From: an uncultured Actinomycetes bacterium
Lineage (GTDB): Bacteria; Actinomycetota; Thermoleophilia; RBG-16-64-13
Direction of reading: 5' to 3'
Length of the DNA: 64,000 nt
NCBI GenBank assembly: GCA_963706025.1
Contig: CAVPLM010000004.1
Coordinates: 1-64,000, forward strand
In this document: positions 1 through 11,344 of the stretch, piece by piece
Numbering within the stretch: the first letter of the stretch is position 1
Layout of the letters: each line of letters opens with the position of its first letter
Position numbers and translations under genes: made by a program
The notes under the pieces: generated by a model
The model's database searches: none
What the model was told of the DNA's origin: nothing
Seen by the model: only the letters and a program-made list of their open reading frames with translations

Positions 1-1153
1 GTCGATGAGATCGTCCTGGGCGACTGGGATGTCGGGCGGGCCGAGGAGGTCAAGGCCGCCTGGGGCGCGGGCAAGACGACTGCCGTGCAGGTGGACGCGC
101 GCGACATCGAGCACGTGGCCCGGCTGGCCGAGGGCGCCGATCTGATCATCAACGCGGTGATCCCCGAGTGGGACGACCCGCTGATGAAGGCCGCTCTCCA
201 GGCCAAGACCCACTATCTCGACATGGCGACCCGGGTCGAGGGCGGCACCATCGACGACGGCTATCTCCTGCAGATCGCGCTGGACGAGGAGTTTCGCGCC
301 ATAGGGCGCACCGCGCTCATCCACACCGGCATGACCCCGGGCGTCACCAACACTCTGGCGGCCATCGGCTACGAGGAGATGGAGCGCTGCGAAGCGGTGC
401 GGATCAAGGCCGGGAGGCTTCTTCAAGTCGGAGGTCCCCGTCCAGGTCTGGTCGCAGGAGACCTACTACATCGACTCCCAGACGCCCACCCTCTACTTCG
501 ACGAGGGCAAGTTCCTGCGGGCCGAGCCGTTCGCCGGTTGGGAGTACGTGGACTTTCCCGCCCCCGTGGGCCGTTTGGCCGCCGTGCTGCACGAGCACGA
601 GGAGTGCTCGACCCTGCCTCGCTTCCTGCCCAAGCTGGGCGAGAAGGGCCTCAAGCACATGGACTTCAAGCTGGCGGGCGGCGAAGAAGGCATGAAGAAG
701 GCCAAGATCCTGGTGGAGACGGGCATCGCCAGCCCCATCCCGCGCAAGATCCGGGGCCAGGATGTGCGGCCGATCGACGTGCTGGTTTCGGTGCTGCCGC
801 CTCCGCGCCCAAGGAAGAGATCGCCAGGCTGGCGGCCGAAGGGCCGCATCGTCGACGAAGGCGCCTACATGATCGATCTCTATGCCGTGGAAGGGGAGCC
901 GGCTACCGAGACCTTCTACGTCTTTCCCCCCAACATCCAGAAGGTCACCGCGATGATCCCGGGGGCCAACCGCATCTCGTACGGGACTTCGACGCCTGCC
1001 GCCATCTATGCCGGCTACCTGCTCGACGGCACCATCACGCAAAGGGGGGTGCTGCCGCCGGAAGGGCTGGAGCGAAAGGTGCGTCTGGCCTATGTGGAGG
1101 ACCTGAAACGCGCCGGACTGAGGATAGCTCGGCGCAGCACCCGTTGGCTGTGA
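1..1153 (+). CDS. Saccharopine dehydrogenase / carboxynorspermidine dehydrogenase-like NAD(P)-dependent oxidoreductase (5' truncated by window, frameshift near 415)
   Basis: Frame 1 gives VDEIVLGDWD...ADLIINAV...HYLDMA...GMTPGVTN; frame 2 continues FKSEVPVQVWSQETY...HEHEECSTLP...ISYGTSTPAAI...GVLPPE, typical of this family. Confidence 0.75.
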
Positions 1154-1199
1154 CACTAGCCTATCCGAGATCTTGGCGAGCAAGGACGTGAAGGGGCCT

Positions 1200-2701
1200 A
1201 TGGTGACTCCGAGCGGCGAAGTGCGGATCCCAAAGAGCTGGACGGCAACACCAACCTGATCGCGGGCCGTTGGGTGAGCGCGCGCTCGGGGGCCCGGTTC
1301 GCGGTACTCAGCCCGGTGACCGGGGCGCTCTTGGCCGAAGTGCCGAAGAGCGATGCCTCCGATGTCGATGCCGCCGTGGCCGCGGCCAAGGCGGCGTGGC
1401 CGGCCTACCGGGCCATGCCGGTGTTACAAGCGGGCGGAACTGATGCTGCGCATGGCCGAGCTGATGCGTGAGCGCGCCGAGACCATCGCGCAGGTGATGA
1501 CGGTGGAGCAGGGCAAGCCCTACGCCGGCGAAGCCCTTCCCGAGGTGCTGGAGACGGCTCTCAACTTCCAGCTTGCCGCCGAAGACGTGGTCCGCATGGA
1601 GACGCCCATCATCCCCATGCGGGACCCGGCCAAGCGGGTGCTGACGTTTCGCGAGCCCTACGGGGTCATGGCGGTGATCACGCCCTGGAACTTCCCTACC
1701 GTCATCCCCTCGGAGTACCTGGGCCCGGGTCTGGCCGTGGGCAACTGCGTGGTCATGAAGCCGGCGTCGACCACTCCGCTCTCCATGATCTTGACTGCTC
1801 ACTGCATCCAGGAGGCGCTCGACGAGTTCGGGCTGCCGCCAGGGGTGTTCAACCTGTTGACCGGTCCCGGAGGAGTGGTCGGGGACTATCTGGTGGCTCA
1901 CCCCGATGTGGCCCTGGTCGGCTTCACCGGCGAGACGGTGACCGGCGAGGCCATCTGTTCGCGGGCCGGCATCAAGCAGACCCTCATGGAACTGGGCGGC
2001 AACGGTCCGCAGATCGTCTGCGCCGACGCCAATCTGGAAGAGGCGGCGAAGGCGGCCGCAACCGGCTGCTTCTTCAACGCCGGTCAGGTGTGCTGCGCGA
2101 CGGAGCGTATCCTTGTCGACAAGAAGGTCCACGCGGAGTTCGTCGATCTGCTGATGAAAGAGGCGAAGGGCTGGGTCCTGGGAGATCCCATGGATCCGGC
2201 GACCACCATGGGCCCGCTCAACAACGAGCCCACGGCCGTCAAGACCGAGCAGCATCTGGACGACGCGCGGGCCAAAGGGGCCCAGATCCTCCTGGGTGGG
2301 GCGCGGCAATCCGGGCGGCCGACCGCCCTCTATTTCCCGCCCACGGTGATAGACGGGGTGAAGCGCGACATGTTGCTCAACATGGAGGAGACCTTCGGGC
2401 CGGTGGCGCCTGTCATCGAGTTCGCGACCGACGCAGAAGCCGTCGAGATCGCGAACGAGACCGGGTACGGTCTGCAGATGTCGGTCTTCACCTCATCCAT
2501 CAAACGTTGCTTCTGGTACGCGGACCAACTCCGCACCGGCAACATCGTGTTCAACGACACCACCGACTACTGGGAGGCCCACGAGCCTTTCGGGGGTGGC
2601 GGAGGTACCAAGAGCGGCCACGGACGACTGGGGGCCGCTATACCCTGGATGATGTGACCCACCTGAAGACGGTGGCCATCGACGTAGAGAAGACGCTCTA
2701 G
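1200..2701 (+). CDS. Aldehyde dehydrogenase (about 3 frameshifts)
   Basis: Motifs ITPWNFP, MKPAS, FTGET, MELGGNG, NAGQVCC, EETFGP, PFGG; the C-terminus HLKTVAID lies in another frame and ends at 2701. Confidence 0.9.
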
Positions 2702-2718
2702 GAGGAGGGGGAAGAAAG

Positions 2719-4024
2719 ATCAAGAAAAAGACCACAATTCTGATCGTGCTCCTAGCGGTGCTGGTGTCCTCGCGCTCGTCGTGTTCGCGGCGGCGTGCGG
2801 AGGCGAGAAGAGGCGGCCACCACCACCGCCGGCGGCACCGGACACCGCGGCAGCACTGGACCACCGCAGCCGCCCACCGGCGAACCTATCAAGATCGGGG
2901 CCCCACTGCCGCTGACCGGGGCCTATGCGGCCGACGGTGAGCATATGCAATATGGGTCAAGATGGCAGTGGCCGACCTCAACGCGGCCGGCGGGCTGTTG
3001 GGCCGCCCGGTGGAGCTGGTGACCTACGACATCGAGGAGTTGCTGCCCGAGACGGTGGCTGCCTCCAAGGACTACCTCATCGAAAAGAAGGAGGTCGACT
3101 TCGTAGTCGAGGGCTACGGTGGCTACGGCCCGGACTTCGAGGCCTTCGGGGCCCAGAGCGACGTGCCCTTCATCCACGGCAGCGGCTCGGTGCGGGCGGC
3201 CCAGATGGTCGCCGACGATCCGGCGACGTACGGCAACATGTTCCAGGTGTTCTCCATCGAGGCCGACTACGGCAAGCGCGCCTGGGAGGGCATGATCCAG
3301 TTCGAAGACAAGTACACCTATCCCAACAAGAAGATCGCCATCCTGCACGGCGACCTCGAGTGGGACCTGAACTACACTGCCGCCGTGGCGGCGGAAGCTG
3401 AAGCCGCCGGGTGGGAAGTGGTCATGAACGAGACCTTCCCCTACGGCACCACCGACTGGGGCTCGATCCTCACCCAGATCCGGTCGGTGAAGCCGGCGGC
3501 CATCGTGTGCTCGGTGCTTTCGGTGGCCGACATCTCCTCGTTCGTGAAGCAGTTCATGGAGGACCCCACCCCCTCGCTGCTCGACATCTCCTACATGGTG
3601 GTGTTCACCGAGACCCAGGAGGCCGTGGGTGAACGACCTCATCGGGCGTCATGGGCTACGTGACGAGCTTCGTACCCCCAGCGCAGAGCACGATGCTTGG
3701 AAGGCCCGTTTCAAAGAGATGTTCGGCATGGACGTGCCCCTGACCACTCCTCCGTCCACCTACGACTCGGTGATGATCTGGGCGGAGGCGGTCAAGGCGG
3801 TGGGCGATCCCACCAAGTACGCGGAGATCGCGACTACATGCGCGCCAACCCGTACACGGGGCTGCTGGGCGTGTACGACTTCAACAACCCGGAACAGACG
3901 GTGAAGGCCGGCCCGACTTCGCCATCGCCTACGCGCAGTACAGGGCGACGGTAAGCTGGCGTTCTTCGGCACCGACGCGTTCATCTTCCCGCCGTACATC
4001 GAACCGGCCTGGGAAGCCAAGTAG
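2719..4024 (+). CDS. Branched-chain amino acid-type (Liv) ABC substrate-binding lipoprotein (frameshifted, start approximate)
   Basis: Lipobox-like AAC-GG then a Thr-rich linker, PIKIGAPLPLTG, DLNAAGGLLGRPVELV, TDWGSILTQI, YDSVMIWAEAVKAVG; lies upstream of Liv ATPases. Confidence 0.8.
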
Positions 4025-4111
4025 CACCCCGCCCGATGAGGCGGCGCGGCGGCGCGACGTGTCCCCCCGCGCTCCGGACCACACGGTGCGAAGGGATCGA
4101 GGACCCACCAG

Positions 4112-4843
4112 GTGCTGCTCACTCTGGAACATGTGACCCAGCGGTTCGGCGAACTGGCCGCGGTCAACGACCTCTCCTTCGACGTGGAGGAGGGGGAGGT
4201 CTTCGGCATGGCCGGACCGAACGGGGCCGGGAAGACCACGGTGTTCAATCTGATCTCGGGCTTCTTGCACGGTTCCGGTCGCATCTTTCTCGACGGTAAG
4301 CGTATCGACGGTCTGCCGCCCCACCGGGTCACCCACCTGGGCGTGGCCCGCACGTTCCAGCTCGTCCAGCCTTTCCATTCCATGACGGTGGTCGCAGAAT
4401 CTCCGCATCGGTGAGTACTACGGCGGCGAGAGGCGAGCCGGCCGCTCCATCGGGTCCCCTGGCCCGACCTCCGCGAACTCATCGCCTTCGTCGGTCTGGA
4501 GGGCAAGGAGGACCGCCCCATGAGCACTCTGAAGCTCTACGACAAGAAGCTGACCGTGCTGGCCTCCGCCCTGGCCACCAGGCCCCGGCTGCTGATGCTG
4601 GACGAGGCCCTGGGTGGGCTGAGCGCCGTGGAGGCCGAGCAGAGCCTCGATCTGGTCGGGCGCTTGAACAAGGAATGGGGTCTTACCATCATCATGATCG
4701 AGCATCTCATGAGTGCGCTGACCCGCCTGTGCGATCGCATGCTGGTTCTCAACTACGGAGAGATGCTCTGCATAGGCGAGCCCCGGGCAGTGGTAGAAGA
4801 CCCCGCTGTGATCGAATGCCTGGTCGGGGGTAAGCGTGCTTGA
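4112..4843 (+). CDS. livG: ABC transporter ATP-binding protein, LivG-like (frameshifted)
   Basis: GPNGAGKTT Walker A, GVARTFQ, LLMLDE Walker B, IMIEH. Confidence 0.85.
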
Positions 4844-5544
4844 GGTAGAGAGCATCAACACCTTCTACGGCGAGTACCAGGCTATCCACGACGTGTCACT
4901 GCGTGTGGAGAGCGGCACGTTGGTGTCGATTTTTGGACCCAACGGCCACGGCAAGAGCACCCTGCTCAAGACCATCTGCGGACTCATGAAGCCGGCCAGC
5001 GGGATCATGCGCTTCGAGGGTCAAGAGATACAGGGTCTGCCTTCGCATAAGATTGGTCGAGATGGGGGTCGTGCTCATCTCCGAGGAGCGCCATCTGTTC
5101 CCCGAAATGACGGTGATGGAGAACCTGCGCTTGGGGGCTTACAACAAGAACGCTCGTGGGAAGGAAGCCGAGAATCTCGAACTGGTCTTCGGTATGTTCC
5201 CTCGACTGAAGGAGTTCGCAAAGAAGACCGCCCTTACTCTGAGCGGCGGCGAGGCTCGGATGCTGGCCATCGGGCGGGGTCTCATGTCAAACGCGGGTTT
5301 CTTGGCCATCGACGAACCCTCGTTCGGTCTGGCGCCCATCCTGCGGACGCAAGTGTTCGAACAGATCGTGGCTCTGCGGGAACGGGGGCTCAGCATACTC
5401 CTGGTGGAGCAGACCACCGGCGACATCGCGGAGCAGTCGGACTACATCTACCTCCTCGAAGACGGGCGCATCGCGTTCTCGGGCAGCAAAGACGAGGCCC
5501 TGCGCGACGACGCGGTGCGCAAGGTCTTCCTGGGGATCACCTAA
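4836..5544 (+). CDS. livF: ABC transporter ATP-binding protein, LivF-like (frameshift near 5055)
   Basis: GPNGHGKST, LFPEMTVMENL, LSGGE, IDEPSFGLAP, LLVEQ. Confidence 0.85.
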
Positions 5545-5569
5545 GCGCGAGAGGGGATCGGAGACCTAG

Positions 5570-6449
5570 GTGCGAGAGTTCATAGAAGTACTCATCACCG
5601 GGTTCACCATCGGCATCGTCTACTTCCTGGTGGCGGTGGGGTTCACCCTCTGCTATGGGGTGGGCCGGGTACTCAACTACGCCTACGGCTCCTTCTTCAC
5701 CTGGGGCGCGTATCTGGCCTGGGTCATCGCGGTGGGCTACGCGTCGCTCAACTACTTTCTTAGTGTTCATCGTCGTGCTGCCGATCATGTTCCTCATGGG
5801 GTTGGCGGTCGACCAGGTGATCATCCGGCCTCTGCGCAGCCGCCCGGAGTTCGAGTTCAGCGTGCTGCTCGCCACTCTGGGCCTGGCCGTGTTCCTGGAT
5901 AACCTGGTGCTCGTGATCTTCGGGCCGCGCACGAAATCCCTGCCCGCCTTTCTGGAGGGGAGCGTCAAGATCGGGGGCTTCACCATCAGCTGGCAGTTGC
6001 TGGCGATGTTCGCCTTCGCTCTGGTGGTGGCCGTTGTGCTCTTCGTATTCATGGCCAAGACCCGCACCGGCATGAGCATGCGGGCTGTGGCCCAGGATCC
6101 CGTGGGGGCCCGCATCGTCGGGATCCCGCTGTACCGCGTCTTCGCTATCACGTTCGGTATCTCCACCTTGCTGTGTGGGGCGGGGGGCATCCTGCTCGCG
6201 CCGCGGTTCTTCATGACGCCGTTGGGCGGCTGGACCTTCCTGGTCAAGGCTCTCATCATCGTCATCGCCGGGGGCTTGGGCAGCATCAAAGGCACTCTCT
6301 ACGCTTCCTTCATTCTGGGCATCCTTGAAGCCATCGTGGGCTGGAAGCTGGGTCTCCTCTGGGTGATGCCGTTCTGGTTCCTCGTCCTGTTCCTGATCCT
6401 TCTGGTGCGCCCGGCCGGCCTGTTCGGGGCCACGGCGAGGAAAGGATGA
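5570..6449 (+). CDS. livH: Branched-chain amino acid ABC permease, LivH-like (frameshift near 5760)
   Basis: YFLVAVGFTLCYGVGRVLNYAYG, TRTGMSMRAVAQD, GGLGSIKG, LLVRPAGLFG. Confidence 0.85.
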
Positions 6450-7531
6450 CCGCCCATATGCCGGATATGAACGACGGAAGGACGAGCGGCCGAACGAAAG
6501 AGCCGCCACTGCCGGGCGACCGGCCCAAAGCTCTGCGGCTTAGTCGCCAGACCGGCATGGTGATGGGCATGATCGTCATCCTTGCGCTATTGCCCCTTGC
6601 CTTGGGTGACAGCAACTACACCATGCGGCTGCTGGTGGTTTCCATGATCTGGGGCGGCGTAGCCATAGCTTGGGATCTCCTACTCGGCTACGCGGGCATC
6701 TTCAATCTGGGCCAGATCGGGTTCTTTGCCATCGGCGCCTATACGTCGGCCATGTTGTCGGAGAACGCGGGCATAAACCCGTGGTGGGGCCTCTTGGCCG
6801 GCGCGGCCACCGGCGGAATCATCGCCGTACTTATCGGTCTGCCCTGTCTGCGGTTGGCCGGCATCTACATCGCCCTTCTGACCCTCGCCTTCTACGAAGT
6901 GTTGGCTCCTCTTCTGACCGTGGGCGCGGCAATCGGGACCGGAGGCAAACGAGGCATCTCACCTGTGACCCCGTACAGCATCGGCGGCTATACTTTCAGC
7001 GGGTCGAATCAGATCCCCTGGTATTACCTCGCTCTGGGGCTTTTCATCGTCTGCCTCGCGGTCGGTTTCTTCGCCATCAATTCCCGTTTCGGCACCAGCT
7101 TCGTCGCCCTGCATGATTCAGAGTCCTTCGCCCAGAGCCTGGGTATCTCCCGGTACAAGGTGTCGCTTCTCATCGTGGGGCTGTCTGGGCTCATGACGGG
7201 CCTGATGGGCGCCTTCTACGCGCACTACACGGGGGTGGTATCCCCTAGGGTCTTGGGGCTCGAAGTCTTCATCTACCTTGTCATCATGGTGCTTCTGGGG
7301 GGCATCGGGAAGTTTCCCGGCCCGGCAATCGGCGCGTTCATCATCATCTTCGTCAACGATTGGCTACGTGAATTCGACCGCTGGCGCTTACTCATCTTTG
7401 GGGCGCTGGTCGTGATCATGGTGATGCTGGCTCCTCGCGGGATGATGGGAGCCATCGACTCGGTCCAGGCGGCTGTTCGCCGCCGGCGCGAGTCCCGGCC
7501 AGTGGAACCCGGCGCGGAGGAGACCCCATGA
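6446..7531 (+). CDS. livM: Branched-chain amino acid ABC permease, LivM-like
   Basis: WDLLLGYAGIFNLGQIGFFAIGAY, LRLAGIYIALLTLAF, MVLLGGIG, APRGMMG. Confidence 0.85.
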   Translation: MTAHMPDMNDGRTSGRTKEPPLPGDRPKALRLSRQTGMVMGMIVILALLPLALGDSNYTMRLLVVSMIWGGVAIAWDLLLGYAGIFNLGQIGFFAIGAYTSAMLSENAGINPWWGLLAGAATGGIIAVLIGLPCLRLAGIYIALLTLAFYEVLAPLLTVGAAIGTGGKRGISPVTPYSIGGYTFSGSNQIPWYYLALGLFIVCLAVGFFAINSRFGTSFVALHDSESFAQSLGISRYKVSLLIVGLSGLMTGLMGAFYAHYTGVVSPRVLGLEVFIYLVIMVLLGGIGKFPGPAIGAFIIIFVNDWLREFDRWRLLIFGALVVIMVMLAPRGMMGAIDSVQAAVRRRRESRPVEPGAEETP

Positions 7532-8340
7532 CCTCTTCCCCACCGGAAGCCACCACGATTGGAGCCGCGCCCGCTATCGCAGCAGCGACCGCGACCGGAG
7601 CCGCGTCCGTTCCCGTGGCGCCCACGGCCCCCGCCCCGATCACACCCTCGGCGGCCACCGCCCCCGGCACGGCAGCCGCGGAGGTCCACGAGCTCCTGGG
7701 GTTCCCGGTAGAGGACCCCGCGCTTTCGTTGCCCGACACTGCGCAGAAGCTTCTGGAAGCCGCTCGGCGCTTGTTGCTCGCGGGCGGGTTCGATGCGCTA
7801 CGGCTGGATGCCATCGCGGCCGAGGCGGGCAAGAACAAAGCCTCCATCAAGTACTACTTCGGCAACAAAGATGGACTTATCCTGGCCATCCTCGACTCTC
7901 TGGACTATGACGATTGTCTCGCCCTGGCCGAGCACACTCGGGGGACCACCGGCGACGAGCGGCTGCAGCGGTACATCGAGGGCCAGACCCGGCTGGCGGC
8001 CGACGCGGACGGCTTTCTCGTGTTCTTCGACCTCCTGCCTTACGTAATACGCGACGAGCGGCTTCGCCAGCGAGTCGCCGCCCTGTATGAGTGGTACTAC
8101 AAGATGAACGTCGAGTGGCTTGGGCTGGCGGAGCGGGTGCGACCGGAGAATCGAGAGCGATACATAGGCTTCGTCTCTCTGATGGTCGCCGTGGTGGACG
8201 GACTCGCGCTGCAGGCTGCCCTTAGACCCAAAGGCTTCGAACTGGAACGTTCCTTCGCGGCCCTTGAGTTCTTCCTCAAACGCTGCTTGAGCGACTTTCT
8301 CGACTCGTTGGACGAGCCCGAAGGGGTGCCATCCAACTGA
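7528..8340 (+). CDS. TetR/AcrR family regulator with Ala/Pro/Thr-rich N-terminal extension
   Basis: KLLEAARRLLLAGGFDALRLDAIAAEAGKNKASIKYYFGNKDGL HTH; C-terminal AVVDGLALQ. Confidence 0.9.
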   Translation: MTSSPPEATTIGAAPAIAAATATGAASVPVAPTAPAPITPSAATAPGTAAAEVHELLGFPVEDPALSLPDTAQKLLEAARRLLLAGGFDALRLDAIAAEAGKNKASIKYYFGNKDGLILAILDSLDYDDCLALAEHTRGTTGDERLQRYIEGQTRLAADADGFLVFFDLLPYVIRDERLRQRVAALYEWYYKMNVEWLGLAERVRPENRERYIGFVSLMVAVVDGLALQAALRPKGFELERSFAALEFFLKRCLSDFLDSLDEPEGVPSN

Positions 8341-8365
8341 CGCGGCCTCGAGGGTGTGGACGGCC

Positions 8366-9835
8366 TCAATCCTGGTAGACCAACCGTCCCTCGACCTTGC
8401 TGCTCACGTTCTGGTGCGCAAGCAGCCACTCGCGTAGCACCGTCTGAGCTGAGGTAGCCGCGACTTTGCTCGGCCCGGCAGCCGTGAGCTCATCCGGCGC
8501 CAGATCCAGATACGGCTCGGCGTTCTTGGCGTGGTAACCCTGCAGGACGAGCGTGTAGGTCTGTCCATCGTCCACCGGGATGCCGTTCACCGAAAGCGAT
8601 ACCAGTCCGGCGCTCGCGTTTGAATAGACTGCTCGGACGGCGGAGTTGACTTGATAGCACTCCCCCTCCCCATCGCGGTTCTCGGGACGCATCCAGTGAG
8701 CAAACGCCTTCTTGAGGGCCGCGCCGCTCAACGTGTAGCGCGTGAGCGAGTCGTCGTAGGGGAAGCAGGAGACGAAATCCATGAGACTGACCGCAGGGCC
8801 CATCTCCCGCACCCGCACCGATCCGGCCCCCAGCAGCACCACGTCGCTCTGCGTTCCTTCGGCCAGAGCGTCGGCCAACAGGTTTCCGAGCGTCGTCTCC
8901 TCCTCCCGCCGCGGATGGGTGAGGGTCTCGGCAAACTTGGTGATGATCACGCTGTACTTGCGGTCGACCACCGACTTGAAGGACTCGATGAACTCGGCCA
9001 TGCGCAGGTCGGGCTCGGCGATGTGCTCGTCGATGGGGATGAGCTGCCACTTCGACCCCACGATGGAGTTGGTGTCGTCGTCCACCACGATGTCGAAGCG
9101 GCCGATCTGATTGGTGCCGGTGCCCGCCTGGGTGATGAGGATGCCGTTGACCCGCTCGGGCTCGGTAAGCAGGGTGTGGCTGTGCCCGCCGATGATCATG
9201 TCCACGCCCCATTCGGGCCGGAGCATGGCGGCCAGCTCCTTGTCCGACTCGAAACCGATGTGGGTCAAGAGGATGGTGAGGTCGACGTCGTCGTTCTTGA
9301 AGGCGTCGCAGATCTTGCCCACCTCCAGGCCGGCTTCCTCGAGGGTGACGAACGTACCGATGAGCTCGTCCAGCTTGATGGAGTCCATGACCTTCTCGGT
9401 GAGGATGCCGGTGAAGAGGATGTCGAACCCGGCCTTGGAGACGATGTGATAGGGGCGCATCATGCGCTTCTCGAACGGTTTGATGTAGAGGTTGGCGTTG
9501 ACGATGGGGAAGTTGGCGATCTTCTCCAGGAACAGCAGGTGCGGCAGGCCGTAGTCGACCTCATGGTTTCCCAGAGCCACCACGTCGGGGGCTAGGTAGT
9601 TCATGATCTGCATGGTGGAGGTGCCCTTGAAGTCGGAGTCGATGATCGACCCCTGCACCATGTCGCCCGAGATCACGTAGAGGACGTTCTCCTCCTCGGC
9701 GCGCACCTTGTTGATGTAACCGGAGAGCAAGGGCAGGCCGCCGATGAGGTCTCCCCCGCCTGCCTCCTGCTCGGCCAAGAAGTCCCCGTGCATGTCGTTG
9801 GAATGCAGGATGGTGAACCTGCGCGTAGCGCCCAT
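8366..9835 (-). CDS. Bifunctional metallophosphatase / 5'-nucleotidase (no signal peptide)
   Basis: ILHSNDMHG, SGDMVQGS, LGNHEVDYG, LLTHIG, IIGGHSHT, ETTLGNLLADA; GGGAGG RBS upstream of ATG 9835. Confidence 0.9.
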   Translation of the reverse strand: MGATRRFTILHSNDMHGDFLAEQEAGGGDLIGGLPLLSGYINKVRAEEENVLYVISGDMVQGSIIDSDFKGTSTMQIMNYLAPDVVALGNHEVDYGLPHLLFLEKIANFPIVNANLYIKPFEKRMMRPYHIVSKAGFDILFTGILTEKVMDSIKLDELIGTFVTLEEAGLEVGKICDAFKNDDVDLTILLTHIGFESDKELAAMLRPEWGVDMIIGGHSHTLLTEPERVNGILITQAGTGTNQIGRFDIVVDDDTNSIVGSKWQLIPIDEHIAEPDLRMAEFIESFKSVVDRKYSVIITKFAETLTHPRREEETTLGNLLADALAEGTQSDVVLLGAGSVRVREMGPAVSLMDFVSCFPYDDSLTRYTLSGAALKKAFAHWMRPENRDGEGECYQVNSAVRAVYSNASAGLVSLSVNGIPVDDGQTYTLVLQGYHAKNAEPYLDLAPDELTAAGPSKVAATSAQTVLREWLLAHQNVSSKVEGRLVYQD

Positions 9836-9862
9836 CTGTACCTCCCATCGGACATAGGACAG

Positions 9863-9916
9863 GTGTGGCCGGTGAGACCTGTGTGGCTGGCGAGACCTCT
9901 GCGGCCGGTGAGACCG
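9863..9916. repeat. Three degenerate 18-bp tandem repeats upstream of the nucleotidase
   Basis: GTGTGGCCGGTGAGACCT / GTGTGGCTGGCGAGACCT / CTGCGGCCGGTGAGACCG. Confidence 0.75.
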
Positions 9917-10082
9917 GTGCGGGGCATGCTCGGATGCGCCGGCCGACCCCGCCCATCCTAGCATCGTCGCAACGTCCGCCGGGCGCGTTTGCGGTATCTT
10001 CATCGGGGTAAGAATGTGGCGATCCCGCGGTGAGGCGCAGGGCCGATGCGATTCGCCCTCTAGATCCCACGAAGAGGCGCCC

Positions 10083-10905
10083 ATGTCGAGATGGACAGAC
10101 ACTCTGCGCAATCTTGCGGCCATGGTAGGTGGCGGCGGGCCGCGCGAAGCGGGCCCGCCCCGCTCGCCGAACGGGGCCTCCTCGTTCCATCTCGTCTGGG
10201 AGCTGCCCGCAGCGGCGCGGTCGGCCCGGCTGGTCGAGGTATCGGCCGTGCTCGAGATCGTGGTCCCTCCCGCAAGTGCCGGCCCTCTACTTCTGGGCCC
10301 TGCAGGTGGACTTCCTCGCAGGGGACCGTTTCCGCGGGGGCGCTCATACCGGCCTGCAGTGGAACCGGCGCTACCCTGGGTACACCGCCGTGAATTGGGG
10401 CGGATATGCGTCGCAAGAGGACGGGGGCGGGATACTCTCTGGTTCGATCTCCGATCTGCCCGGCTTCCCCGACGATCCCCACACGCTTGGATACTCCTGG
10501 GAGCCAGGCCGCCCGTATCGTCTTCGGATCTTTCGCTCGCCGGACCGGCCGGGGGCGTGGCGCGCAGAGGTGACCGACGTGGCCGCGGACGAGATCTCAG
10601 TGATCCGAGACCTCTACGTGGATGCCGGCAACGAAGGTGGACACCTTGTCCGCCCCCTCGTGTGGTCGGAGGTGTTCGCCGATTGCGACGCTCCGTCGGT
10701 CACGGTGCGCTGGAGCGATCTGGAGGCGGTGGATGAGACGGGCGCTTCACTGAGGCCCGCAGCGGTGAGGGTCAACTACCAGTCCGTTTCAGCAGGCGGC
10801 TGCACCAACACCACGGCGACCATCGATGCCGCCGGGGCCGTCCTCCAGGTGACCAATACCCCGCGTACCGTCAGGCAGGGGGCTTTGCTTGACATCGGGC
10901 TCTGA
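10083..10905 (+). CDS. Hypothetical protein, beta-rich and aromatic-rich (frameshift near 10272)
   Basis: MSRWTDTL...SSFHLVWEL...EVSAVLEIVVPP joins LYFWALQVDF...GGAHTGLQW...AVNWGGY...LVWSEVFADCD; codon usage fits a real gene. Confidence 0.7.
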
Positions 10906-10943
10906 GGCGCCACGCTGCATCGCGCACGCGCTTTTTCCTTTCT

Positions 10944-10965
10944 CTTAACTTCCTGGTAACACAAG
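10944..10965 (+). promoter_or_regulatory. Candidate PHO box (two 11-bp direct-repeat units)
   Basis: CTTAAC-ttcct-GGTAAC-acaag; same units and 11-bp spacing as ATTAAC-gtacc-GGTAAC-acgca in the phoP-pstS intergenic region. Confidence 0.55.
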
Positions 10966-11020
10966 CGGTCGAGTCCTGACCTAATCTGGATGCAGGTTCG
11001 ACCATTCCAGGGAGGGAGCG

Positions 11021-11293
11021 GTGAGCGCAACGGTGGAGATCCTGCTTCGGCCGGTCGACGACGGAGAGCGCCACCTGATCCCCACGGGACCCACTCTCGC
11101 CGGCTATCTGCTGGCACTTGCGCCCGGCTCCCCCTGTTTGTGCTGCGGGAGCCCCCTCCAAGGGCCGCCATTAGCATGCTGGCCGCCTGATCCGCCTGCG
11201 CTTTTCTGTTCGCGGTGCAACGCAGCGATCGGCTCGGAGAGGACTCCCGCTTGGCCCAGGACCGAGCCGGAACCACTGGTCGAGGCAGCCTGA
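11021..11293 (+). CDS. Small Cys-rich (zinc-ribbon-like) hypothetical protein
   Basis: GGGAGGGAG RBS; CLCC...CSRC pair of CxxC motifs. Confidence 0.6.
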   Translation: MSATVEILLRPVDDGERHLIPTGPTLAGYLLALAPGSPCLCCGSPLQGPPLACWPPDPPALFCSRCNAAIGSERTPAWPRTEPEPLVEAA

Positions 11294-11344
11294 CGATGAA
11301 CTGGTTGCCCGCACGAAGACGTCCGCCTGGACCTAGGCCGTGCA

